A DNA stretch of 64,000 bases from Octopus sinensis (Eukaryota), in the NCBI RefSeq assembly GCF_006345805.1, contig NC_043025.1, forward strand, positions 12,214,001 to 12,278,000, written 5' to 3'. This document shows, one piece after another, positions 39,101-51,791 of this stretch. The translations under genes and the position numbers were made by a program. The notes below the pieces were generated by a model that was not told where the DNA came from, did no database searches, and saw only the letters and a program-made list of their open reading frames with translations. Position 1 is the stretch's first letter, and each line of letters opens with the position of its first letter.

Positions 39101-40870
39101 CAACGGCCACGCCCAAATGGTGCTTTTTACGTGCCACCGGCAAGAGGGCCAGTTTGGTGGTACTGGCAACGGCCACGCCCAAATGGTGCTTTTAACGTGC
39201 CACCGGCAAGAGGGCCAGTTTGGTGGTACTGGCAACGGCCACGCCCAAATGGTGCTTTTAACGTGCCACCGGCACAAGGGCCAGTTTGGTGGTACTGGCA
39301 ACGGCCACGCCCAAATGGTGCTTTTTACGTGCCACCGGCAAGAGGGCCAGTTTGGTGGTACTGGCAACGGCCACGCCCAAATGGTGCTTTTAACGTGCCA
39401 CCGGCACAAGGGCCAGTTTGGTGGTACTGGCAACGGCCACGCCCAAATGGTGCTTTTTACGTGCCACCGGCAAGAGGGCCAGTTTGGTGGTACTGGCAAC
39501 ACCCACGCCCAAATGGTGCTTTTTACGTGCCACCGGCAAGAGGGCCAGTTTGGTGGTACTGGCAACACCCACGCCCAAATGGTGCTTTTAACGTGCCACC
39601 GGCAAGAGGGCCAGTTTGGTGGTACTGGCAACGGCCACGCCCAAATGGTGCTTTTAACGTGCCACCGGCAAGAGGGCCAGTTTGGTGGTACTGGCAACAC
39701 CCACGCCCAAATGGTGCTTTTAACGTGCCACCGGCAAGAGGGCCAGTTTGGTGGTACTGGCAACACCCACGCCCAAATGGTGCTTTTAACGTGCCACCGG
39801 CAAGAGGGCCAGTTTGGTGGTACTGGCAACACCCACGCCCAAATGGTGCTTTTAACGTGCCACCGGCAAGAGGGCCAGTTTGGTGGTACTGGCAACGGCC
39901 ACGCCCAAATGGCTTTTAACGTGCCACCGGCAAGAGGCCAGTTAGGTGGTACTGGCAACACCCACGCCCAAATGGTGCTTTTAACGTGCCACCGGCAAGA
40001 GGGCCAGTTTGGTGGTACTGGCAACACCCACGCCCAAATGGTGCTTTTAACGTGCCACCGGCAAGAGGGCCAGTTAGGTGGTACTGGCAACACCCACGCC
40101 CAAATGGTGCTTTTAACGTGCCACCGGCAAGAGGGCCAGTTTGGTGGTACTGGCAACGGCCACGCCCAAATGGTGCTTTTAACGTGCCACCGGCAAGAGG
40201 GCCAGTTTGGTGGTACTGGCAACACCCACGCCCAAATGGTGCTTTTAACGTGCCACCGCAAGAGGGCCAGTTTGGTGGTACTGGCAACACCCACGCCCAA
40301 ATGGTGCTTTTAACGTGCCACCGGCAAGGGGCCAGTTTGGTGGTACTGGCAACGGCCACGCCCAAATGGTGCTTTTAACGTGCCACCGGCACAAGGGCCA
40401 GTTTGGTGGTACTGGCAACACCCACGCCCAAATGGTGCTTTTAACGTGCCACCGGCACAAGGGTCAGTTTGGTGGTACTGGCAACACCCACGCCCAAATG
40501 GTGCTTTTAACGTGCCACCGGCAAGAGGGCCAGTTTGGTGGTACTGGCAACGGCCACGCCCAAATGGTGCTTTTAACGTGCCACCGGCACAAGGCCAGTT
40601 TGGTGGTACTGGCAACACCCACGCCCAAATGGTGCTTTTAACGTGCCACCGGCAAGAGGGCCAGTTTGGTGGTACTGGCAACGGCCACGCCCAAATGGTG
40701 CTTTTAACGTGCCACCGGCAAGAGGGCCAGTTTGGTGGTACTGGCAACGGCCACGCCCAAATGGTGCTTTTAACGTGCCACCGGCACAAGGGCCAGTTTG
40801 GTGGTACTGGCAACGGCCACGCCCAAATGGTGCTTTTAACGTGCCACCGGCACAGGAGCCAGTCCAGCGG
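30105..40870. repeat. ~10.8-kb GC-rich satellite of ~66-bp monomers (~160 copies)
   Basis: Monomer GGTGCTTTTAACGTGCCACCGGCACAAGGGCCAGTTTGGTGGTACTGGCAACGGCCACGCCCAAAT; the 22-aa periodicity in the ORF track reflects the 66-nt unit. Confidence 0.97.
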
Positions 40871-41254
40871 CACTGGCGACGACCTCGCTCGAATATTTCA
40901 CATGCCACCAGCACAAGTGCTAGTATGGCGACGCAGGTAACGATAACACTTGAATGGTGTGCTTAACGTGCCATCGGCACGAAGGCCAGCTTGTTGCTCT
41001 GGCAACGATCTCACTCGTATGGTACTCTTAGCGCTCCACTAGTAACGGATGCCAGTCACCGAATTTGATTTTGACTTTGTGATTAAAATCATAATTGACC
41101 GATCCTCAGGTATTTTCTTTTACCCAAGCCAAAAACTTTCCAAGCCCCCCCCCCGCCCTGTACATGTGTGTGGGTGAGATCAAGGGTGGTGGTGGTGATG
41201 ACAAGGTGATATACCAACGGGGCAAAAAGAAGAGCAGAAAAAGAAGCGGTTTAA

Positions 41255-41421
41255 TTAACATTTAATAATTATCTTTCTCTCAATTAGTTTCCTACACAAA
41301 TGGCACTGAGTGAGTTGTCCTCCACATTCTTTACAAGTGGTATGGCCACATTCAAATACCATGTTCCATGGACGCTCCATGCATATTGAACACGTGAACT
41401 GGTCTTCCACATGGGACCCAT
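41255..41421 (-). CDS. Terminal RING exon 2 (not reported in the ORF track)
   Basis: atcgtttcag| acceptor at phase 1; [55 protein letters not shown]. Confidence 0.88.
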
Positions 41422-44400
41422 CTGAAACGATAAATACACAGGTTTATATCAGTCTGTAACAGGTAAGATTGATTCATTATCATCATCATCATCATCATCA
41501 TCATCATCGTTTAACGTCCGTTTTCCGCGCTAGCACGGGTTGGACGGTTCGACCGGGGTCTGGGGAGCCAGGGGCTGCCCCAGGCTCCGGTCTGATCTGG
41601 CAGTGTTTCTACGGCTGGATGCCCTTCCTAACGCCAACCACTCCGTGAGTGTAGTGGCGGCTTTTTACGTGCCACCTGCACAGGTGCCAGAGGGGTCTGG
41701 CATCGGTCACGTTCAGATGGTGCTTTTTATGTGCCACCGGCACAGAAGCCATTCGAGGCAGGGTTGGCATCGGTCACGTTCGGATGGTGCTTTTTTATGT
41801 GCCACCGGCACAGAAGCCATTCGAGGCAGGGTTGGCATCAGTCACGTTCGGATGGTGCTTTTTATGTGCCACCGGCACAGAAGCCATTCGAGGCAGGGTT
41901 GGCATCGGTCACGTTCGGATGGTGCTTTTTTATGTGCCACCGGCACAGAAGCCATTCGAGGCAGGGTTGGCATCGGTCACGTTCGGATGGTGCTTTTTAT
42001 GTGCCACCGGCACAGAAGCCATTCGAGGCAGGGTTGGCATCGGTCACGTTCGGATGGTGCTTTTTATGTGCCACCGGCACAGAAGCCAGTGGAGGCTGCA
42101 CTGGCAACGGCCACGTTCGGATGGTGCTTTTTATGTGTCACCGGCACAGGTATCACAACTACTGTTTCCATTGATATTTGGTTAGTAAATAATATTATGA
42201 AATGTCGGAGTCAGCAGTTGTAACGATACGGGTTATGATAAATCCAAAAGTATGCCAAGTAAAGTTTGTGTTTGCGACCTCTTCATTGTTTAGTAGTAAC
42301 TAGCAGTATCGCTCGGCGTTGCTCGGGTTTGTAAGGGAAATAACTATATAAGCATTTTTAGAGAGTTATAGCCAAAAAATAGCAAAAAATGCATTAAAAA
42401 TGGAGAGAAAATGCTGGTAAATTTACGTTCCTAACACTAGTTTAATGATAACTAAGTTATTTTACTAAATTATGACTAAGGTTTGGTGGAATATTTTAAT
42501 TCAAAACTTATGAAAACAAGACATTTTACCACAGAGCCAGAGCTGGTTTTGGCCGGGTTAGTAACAAAAGGGTTAAGCCATACCAAATAAACGAAACACG
42601 TAGATCGCGTTCTAAAGAGGAATTTGACTCTTGTAGAACACGCTGGCAATGTAGATTGCATACAAAAGTAGCGCCATGTATTCTTACCACGTCCAGATTT
42701 TTTGGTTATCCTTAGTCGACACTCAGGACAACTTCTAAGCGGAACTTTTGAACAACATGTCTCACAGATCAAAGTATGGCCGCAGGGATGGAATTCTACT
42801 ATGGGATGGTTAATTTCACAAAACATACACAGCAATCTATGGAAGAAAAAGCAAAAGAAAAACACAGCCCATCAATAACAGTTATCGTCCATTTATAACA
42901 AATATTACATTGAGTATATTGTTGTATTTAGGAATGGTCATTTTGCCATTTTAGCCAATAAGAAACACATGCACGATATATTTGGTGTTACTTTGCTTCA
43001 GTGTTATTTATTTTTACATTAATCTTAATCTTATTTCGGCCAGAGTTCTTTCGTCACACTCCTGTAACCTCATCAGTGGTCCTTTGCTTTTTTCTTTCTT
43101 ATTTCTGTGTCTCTCCTTACTAACAGTCAGCCATTATTATTAATATCAGGAAGTCAATATTAGAAAATTCTTCAGAAAGATATATACGTGTGTAGAAAAA
43201 CCTGGGTTTTTAGTAATATATATTTTATAATATATTATTATTGTTGTTGTATTTAGGAATGGTCATTTTGCTAGTTTAGCCAATAAAAACACATGCAACT
43301 ATATATTTGGTGTTATTTTGCTTCAGTGTTACTTATTTTTTGCATTAATCTTAATCTTATTTCAGCCAGAGTTCTTTCGTCACACTCCTGTGACCTCATC
43401 AGTGGTCCTTTGCTTTCTTCTTTCTTATTTGTGTCTCTCCTTACTAACAGTCAGCGCAAATGAAGACGTACAATAGAAATACAAAATGGCTGACGGTTAG
43501 TAAGGAGAGACACACAAATAAGAAAGAAGAAAACAAAGGACCACTGATGCGGTCACACGCCTGTGACGAAAGAACTCTAGGCGAAATAAGATTAAGATTA
43601 ATGTAAAAAATAAATAACACTGAAGCAAAATAACACCAAATATATAGTGCGTGTGTTTTTTATTGGCTAAACTGGCAAAATGACCATTCCGAAATATAAC
43701 AATATCTGTTTCAACACACGACTTCACATAAAAAAATCTTGCACAACAAATATATAAACGTACATTGAGTATACATTTACAGAAAATGAAATACTAAAGT
43801 ATCTGAAATGTAATGGAAAATTGGTCAGTTTGAAAACATTGATGTCCGGGTGATAAAAGCAAAGTGTGAAGGGAATGGTAGTCACTTCCTTTGATTTCTA
43901 GACAGAATCCAATAAGAAATGACACTCACTGACCAAAGACAACAAGCAAATCTCTGGTATTGGACAGAATATTTGTTATAATGATATTTCTGCTTCAGCA
44001 ACTCTGTGCTGAATCTGTGTGAAATGTAATGGAAAATTGGTCAGTTTTGAAACATTGTCTGGGTGATAAAAGCAAAGTTTGAAGGGAATACTGGTCATTC
44101 CTTTCATTTCTAAGTAGAAGCAAATAGGAGATAACACTTGCTGACCAAAGACAACAAGCAAATCTGTGGTATTGGACAGAATATTTGCTATAACAATATT
44201 TCTACGTCAGCAACTCAGAGCTGGATTTGTTTGAAACGTAATGGAAAATAGGTCAGTTTCAAAGCATTGATGTCCGGGTGATAAAAGCAATGTTAAAAGC
44301 AATCCACCCTTAGGGGTTAGCCACACTTAAGTGGCAAATATACTTCACGATGTCATGCTGCTACTGTTTATACTTCGCTCAGAGATTTATTATTGCTTGT

Positions 44401-47400
44401 TTACACTTCTTTGATATCAGTGATTTTTCATCACTGGAAAAAGGATATATATTTGTAGAGGAAGGCCTACTTTTCATCGACAACCAGTGATTGTCACACG
44501 CTGATGACGGGTCAATACCAAGAAACTCGAGTCCATGTGTATCATAGGTTGAAGACAGGATGGCTTCCCTTTGCAAATACTGATAGGGCACAGAAAGTGT
44601 GTCAATAGCCAGCTGGAGGAGGTGTCCTCCTGGGGCTACAAGCTACAGTAGCATCCACCCTTAGGGGTTAGCCACGTTTAAGTGGCAAATATACTTCACG
44701 ATGTCATGCTGCTACTGTTTATACTTCGCTCAGAGATTTATTATTGCTTGTTAACACTTTTGATATCAGTGATTTTTCATCACTGGAAAAAGGATATATA
44801 TTTGTAGAGGAAGGCCTACTTTTCATCGACAACCAGTGATTGTCACACGCTGATGACGGGTCAATACCAAGAAACTCGAGTCCATGTGTATCATAGGTTG
44901 AAGACAGGATGGCTTCCCTTTGCAAATACTGATAGGGCACAGAAAGTGTGTCAATAGCCAGCTGGAGGAGGTGTCCTCCTGGGGCTACAAGCTACAGTAG
45001 CATCCACCCTTAGGGGTTAGCCACGTTTAAGTGGCAAATATACTTCACGATGTCGTGCAGCTACTGTTTATACCTCGCTCAGAGATTTATTATTGCTTGT
45101 TAACACTTTCGATATCAGTGATTTTTCATCACTGGAAAAAGGATATATATTTGTAGAGGAAGGCCTACTTTTCATCGACAACCAGTGATTGTCACACGCT
45201 GATGACGAGTCAATACCCAGAAACTCGAGTCCATGTGTATCATAGGCTGAAGACGGGAAGGATGGCTTCCCTTTGTAAATACTGATAGGGCACAGAAAGT
45301 GTGTCAATAGCCAGCTGGAGGAGGTGTCCTCCTGGGGCTACAAGCTACAGTAGCATCCACTCTTAGGGGTTAGCCACGTTTAAGTGGCAAATATACTTCA
45401 GATAATATAAACATGATTATGTACAAAATAGAAAATGAACTGGTTGATCTTGTCCATTATCAGCAAATACTTACGGCGGGGTGAAAATTGTTTTTATTTT
45501 TTCTCTCAGATCTGGGTTCGTAATACGGTCCAGTGGGACTTCGTTCTTGGTATTTTGGTGGTAAAAGTTAGCTCCATGATGAGCTAAATAATACGCGACT
45601 GCTATTCCGGAAAGCCTGTCATTCTCGTTCAAAGACAGTTTAGTGCAGCCCTACAAATGAAGAAACATATAAAGAGGAGAACAATACTACAGAAACAGGC
45701 GTTAGGCGTTATATATGCCCCAAATTACACAAAAGTTAAACTACATCTACACAGCGCAGGAGTGGCTGTGTGGTAAGTAGCTTGTTTACCAACCACATGG
45801 TTCCGGGTTCAGTCCCACTGCGTGGCACCTTGGGCAAGTGTCTTCTGCTATAGCCCTGGGCCGACCAATGCCTTGTGAGTGGATTTGGTAGACGGAAACT
45901 GAAAGAAGCCTGTCGTATATATGTATATATATATATATGTGTGTGTGTGTTTGTGTGTCTGTGTTTGTCCCACTAGCATTGCTTGACAACCGATGCTGGT
46001 GTGTTTACGTCCCCGTCACTTAGCGGTTCGGCAAAAGAGACCGATAGAATAAGTACTAGGCTTACAAAGAATAAGTCCCGGAGTCGATTTGCTCGACTAA
46101 AAGGCGGTGCTCCAGCATGGCCGCAGTCAAATGACTGAAACAAGTAAAAGAGTAAAGAGTATAGGCACAGGCGTGGCTGTGTGGTAAGAAACTTGCTTCC
46201 CAACCACATGGTTCCAGGTTCAGTCTCACTGTGTGGCACCTTGGGCAAGTGTCTTCTACTGTAACCTCGGGCCAACCAAAACTTTCTGAGTGAATTTGGT
46301 AGAAGGAAACTGAAAGAAGCTTGTCATATGTATGTGTATGCATGTACTTGTGTGTGTGTGTGTGTATATCACTTATTTTAGTGCTGTTGACACTGCTGGA
46401 TTGAGTGGTACTGCCCACCAGGAGTTGAAACCATAATGATATCCATGGGGCAGCTGATGATGGACGTATGTTGGATTGTTGGTATGGCTGGTTTTGTATA
46501 TGTGGAATAGTATTTTAACACATCCTTTTGGTATATATATATATATATAGAAATCAAAATCAAAATCGATCAACATCAATGGAAATTGCAGCTGTGATAC
46601 CAGTGTCGGTGGTAAGTAAGAGAACTATCCGAATGTGGTCGTTGCCAGCACCACCCCGACTGGCCTTGTGCTGGTGGCACGTAAAAAGCACCATCTGATC
46701 GTGGCCGTTGCCAGCCTCATCTGGCCCCCGTGCCGGTGGCACGTAAAAAAAGCACCATCCGATCGTGGCCGTTTGCCAGCCTCGTCTGGCACCTGTGCCG
46801 GTGGCACGTAAAAAGCACCCACTACACTCACGGAGTGGTTGGCGTTAAGAAGGGCATCCAGCCGTAGAAACATTGCCAGATCAGACTGGGCCTGGTGCAG
46901 CCTTCTGGCTTCCCAGACCCCAGTTGAACCGTTCAACCCATGCTAGCATGGAAAGCGGACGCTAAACGAAGATGATGATGATGATGATATATATATAACT
47001 ATAAGACATGACTGTCTCTCTGTCCATCTCTCCCTCATATTCACAAGCAATTTTAAAACTTACCTCATCTAAAATTTCCAAGGACTCATCCGCAGAACGG
47101 AACATCTCCTTCTCCAGGGCAAGATGCAGGCAGTTGTTATCATCAGCATCAACGGTGTTTATATCTGCTTCATGGTCAATCAACATATGAATGATTCCGA
47201 GGTGGCCCTCGGAGACAGCCAAAAGAAACGGGGTTCTCTGGTTGTGGTTCTTGACATCCAAATTCACTCGATCCTTTGTGGAGACAAAAAAGGGAAAACG
47301 ATAATTTACATAAAAATTAGGGTGGATATTTGCCACTACACTCTTCTACTGGGTATTTGATTAACTTGATCACATGCGTTTAAGGTTTGTCGGTGAAGTC

Positions 47401-48031
47401 AACCTTCCATAAGGTCCCTCTCTAACTTGGTATACTCTTTTATTACTCTTTTACTTGTAAGATGGGTATCTGGGTATTTTGAAAATACCCTGGAGAGTAA
47501 TGATTGTGCCCTACCCTGTTGCAACACACAAGATCCATTCAGCCACACTGCCAGGGATACGGCAAAGTCATGGGTCTGCAATGTAACAGATTGTGAAAAA
47601 GGAGCAAAAGAGCTCAAATTTGAACTCAGAATGTAAAGACAGATGAAATACCGCTAAGCATTTCGCCTGGCGTTCTAACGTTTCTGCCAGCTCACTGCCT
47701 TGGCTCAAAAAATGCTGTTTTCTACTCCAGGCCCAAGGCCCAAAATTTTAGGAGAGGGGTCCAGTCGATTAGATCCCCGAAAGGATGAAAGGCAACATCG
47801 ACCTTGGCAGAATTTGAACTCAGAACCCTAATTGAAACACATAAGGGGTGTATTTTGGTTAGAAATATAGGCGCAGGAGTGGCTGTGTGGTAAGTAGCTT
47901 GCTAACCAACCACATGGTTCCGGGTTCAGTCCCACTGCGTGGCATCTTGGGCAAGTGTCTTCCACTATAGCCCCGGGCTGACCAAAGCCTTGTGAGTGGA
48001 TTTGGTAGACGGAAACTGAAAGAAGCCCGTC

Positions 48032-48079
<48 letters not shown>

Positions 48080-48623
48080 TTGTATGTCTGTGTTTGTCCC
48101 CCTAGCATTGCTTGACAACCGATGCTAGTGTGTTTACGTCCCCGTCTCTTAGCGGTTCAGTCGGCAATAGAGACCGATAGCATAAGTACTGGGCTTACAA
48201 AAAAGAATAAGTCCCGGGGGTTGAGTTGCTCGATGAAAGGCGGTGCTCCAGCATGGCCGCAGTCAAATGACTGAAACAAGTAGAAGAGTATACATTAACT
48301 TACCTGCAACAGTATCGCTACCACCACATTAGGACATTGCCTGAAAGTTACAGAAAGTGGAAAGGAAAATTTGAGAAATGAAAAAAATCACAGAAAGAGA
48401 GTTAATTAATAATTAGGACACTATAATATAATTACATCAATAATTATATAGACACACATGCAGGAGTGGCTGTGTGGTAAGTAGCTTGCTTACCAACCAC
48501 ACTGTTCTGGGTTCAATCCCACTGCGTGGCACCTTGGGCAAGTGTCTTCTACTATAGCCTCAGGCCAACCAAAGCATTGTGAGTAGATTTGGTAGACGGA
48601 AACTGAAAGAAGCCCGTCGTATA

Positions 48624-48671
<48 letters not shown>

Positions 48672-48831
48672 GGAGTGGCTGTGTGGTAAGTAGTTTGCTT
48701 ACCAACCACATGGTTCTAGGTTCAGTCCCACTGTGTGGCACCTTGGTTAAGTGTCTTCTACTATAGCCTCGGGCCGACCAAGCCTTGTGAGTAGATTTGG
48801 TAGACGGAAACTGAAAGAAGCCCGTCGTATA

Positions 48832-48877
<46 letters not shown>

Positions 48878-49038
48878 GGAGTGGCTGTGTGGTAAGTAGT
48901 TTGCTTACCAACCACATGGTTCTAGGTTCAGTCCCACTGTGTGGCACCTTGGTTAAGTGTCTTCTACTATAGCCTCGGGCCGACCAAAGCCTTGTGAGTA
49001 GATTTGGTAGACGGAAACTGAAAGAAGCCCGTCGTATA

Positions 49039-49069
<31 letters not shown>

Positions 49070-51760
49070 GCAGGAGTGGCTGTGTGGTAAGTAGTTTGCT
49101 TACCAACCACATGGTTCTAGGTTCAGTCCCACTGTGTGGCACCTTGGTTAAGTGTCTTCTACTATAGCCTCGGGCCGACCAAAGCCTTGTGAGTGGATTT
49201 GGTAGACGGAAACTGAAAGAAGCCCGTCGTATATGTGTGTATATATATATATATATATGCAGGAGTGGCTGTGTGGTAAGTAGCTTGCTTACCAACCACA
49301 TGGATCTGGGTTCAGTCCTACTGTGTGGAACTTTGGGCAAGTGTCTTCTACTATAGCCTCAGGCTGACCAAAGCCTTGTGAGTGGATTTGGTAGATGGAA
49401 ACTGAAAGAAGCCCGTCGTATATATGTATGTGTGTGTGTGTGTATGTCCCCACCACTCATCACCACCACCATTTGGTAATTGGTAGATAAGTAGTGCTGT
49501 CACCATAGTAACTAAGTTTTGATTTAAAACGATAAGGATTTTAAGTGCAAGTCTGTCAACACAACACAAACTTCATAAACAAAGTCAGTTGTTTTTGGTT
49601 TATTTGTGTGTGTGTTTCTGTGTCTTTCAACTTGTAAGCAACACAGACTTTACAACAAAGACTTTCATTGTGAACAATTTACGAAGGTATACTCTTTTAC
49701 TCTTTTACTTGTTTCAGTCATTTGACTGCAGCCATGCTGGAGCACCGCCTTTAATCGAGCAACTCGACCCCGGGACTTATTCTTTTGTAAGCCCAGTACT
49801 TATTCTATCAGTCTCTTTTGCCGAACCGCTAAGTAATGGGGACACAAACACACCAGCATCGGTTGTCAAGCAATGCTAGGGGGACAAACACAGACACACA
49901 CACATATATATATACATATATATGACAGGCTTCTTTCAGTTTCCATCTACCAAATCCACTCACAAGGCATTGGTCGGCCCGAGACTATAGCAGAAGACAC
50001 TTGCCCAAGGTGCCACGCAGTGGGACTGACCCCGGAACCATGTGGTTGGTAAGCAAGCTACTTACCACACAGCCACTCTTGCGCCTGTATGTGCATGATT
50101 AACAATTATTTTTATTGGCAACGTAGCAACGAGCAGTGACCTAGTAATTAAATAAAAGCAAACACTATGAAAAATATAATAGAAAGGAATTTGGATATTC
50201 CAGATCATTGTTGACCTACCCTCGGACTGCATCATGGAGAGGTGTTCCGCCATTTACATTGTTCACTACATTCACATCAGCTCCAGCTCCTAGGAGACAG
50301 TAAACGATATCCGTCTGTCCTCCGTAACAGGCCAAATGTAGAGGTGTGTGACCATTAGTATCTCTCTTATTGACATCAGCTCTAGCGTCCACTAACAGTT
50401 TAACAATATCTGCGTATACACCACCACAGGACAGGTGTAGAGGTGTGTTGCCAAGATTATCACCGGTGTTGACATCAGCCCTGGATGTCAATAACAGACG
50501 AACAATATCTGTATATCCACCGTCACAGGCCAGATGTAGAGGTGTGCAACCATGTTCGTTTCGTTGATTGACCTGGAGAAAAAAATAAAGGTTCTAGTAG
50601 AGAGGTGGGTACATCATCATCATTTAACGTCCGTCGTCCATACCGGCATGGGTTGGATAGTTTGACTGGGCTGGCACGTTATTTCTGTATTGAATCAATT
50701 TCAGAATCAATCCCATGGATTTTTTCCTCTTCAGTAGAAAATACGATAAGAAATAAATGAAATATTTACATGCACCCATGGAAAAAAAAAACGAAGCAAA
50801 AGTCATGAGTACATATAAGTACCCCAGATATATCTAAATATAAGATCCATACATACACACACACACACATATATATATATAAACATATGCACATATGTTC
50901 ATACACATTTATACACACATATATGTATCCACTGGATGCGAGACCTGGACACTAAAGAAAGCTGACCAGAAGAGAATTAATGCATTCGAGCTTTGGTGTT
51001 GGAGAAGACTTTTACGGATTCCATGGACAGCGAGGCTCACCAATGGAGAAGTTCTTAAGCAGATCAGGCCGAAAATGTTGCTAGAAGCTAGGATCACCAA
51101 GCATAGATTGGCATATTTTGGTCATATTATTTGGAGAAAATCCCTGGAGAAGGACATCATGCTTGGAATGGTCAGTGGCAAGAGAGGAAGAGACCGACCA
51201 AGAACCTGCTGGCTTGACACCATCAAGATTGATACCGGAATGGACACAGCCAATCTGAAAGAAACGGCCCAGGATTGAACTGACTGGAGGACACTGATCC
51301 AACGAGTGACTGAGAGTCGACTTCGACTGAGCGGATAGATAGATAGATATATATATGTGTGTATATATATATGTGTATATATATATGGACACTAAAGAAA
51401 GCTGACCAGAAGAGAATTAATGCATTTGAGCTTTGGTGTTGGAGAAGACTTTTACAGATTCCATGAAAAGCGAGGCTCACCAATGGAGAAGTTCTTAACC
51501 AGATCGAGCCGAAACTGTCGCTGGAAGCTGGGATCACCAAGCATAGATTGGCATATTTTGGCCATATTATGCGGAGAAAATCCCTGGAGAAGGACATCAT
51601 GCTCGGAATGGTCAGTGGCAAGAGAGGAAGAGGCCGACCAAGAACCTGCTGGCTTGACACCATCAAGAGTGATACCGGAATGGATATAGCCAATCTGAAA
51701 GAAGCGGCCCAGGATAGAACTGACTGGAGGACACTGATCCATCGAGTAACCGACTGAGCG

Positions 51761-51791
<31 letters not shown>

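Larger units (their letters stand above)
44302..45400 (+). repeat. ~350-bp tandem repeat, 3 units plus a partial unit (retrozyme-like)
   Basis: ATCCAC(C/T)CTTAGGGGTTAGCCAC recurs at 44302, 44653, 45002 and 45355; one hammerhead per unit. Confidence 0.92.

Noticed and set aside
12474-40870. CRISPR-like regular arrays (66-, 67- and 184-bp periods)
   Set aside because: Units are near-identical throughout with no unique spacers, no cas genes, and the context is eukaryotic.
29862-40966. Dozens of long ORFs (up to 561 aa) on both strands
   Set aside because: By-products of a stop-poor 66-nt (22-codon) satellite; overlapping in several frames, broken by indels and with no domain signature.
44379-45307. 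70-79 aa - strand ORFs repeated three times
   Set aside because: They simply track the 349-bp repeat, have different ends and show no recognisable domain; the + strand RNA fold explains the unit better.
47399-47636. Possible extra exon of the ankyrin gene
   Set aside because: No ankyrin signature; exons 48304 and 47273 already join in phase with correct repeat spacing.
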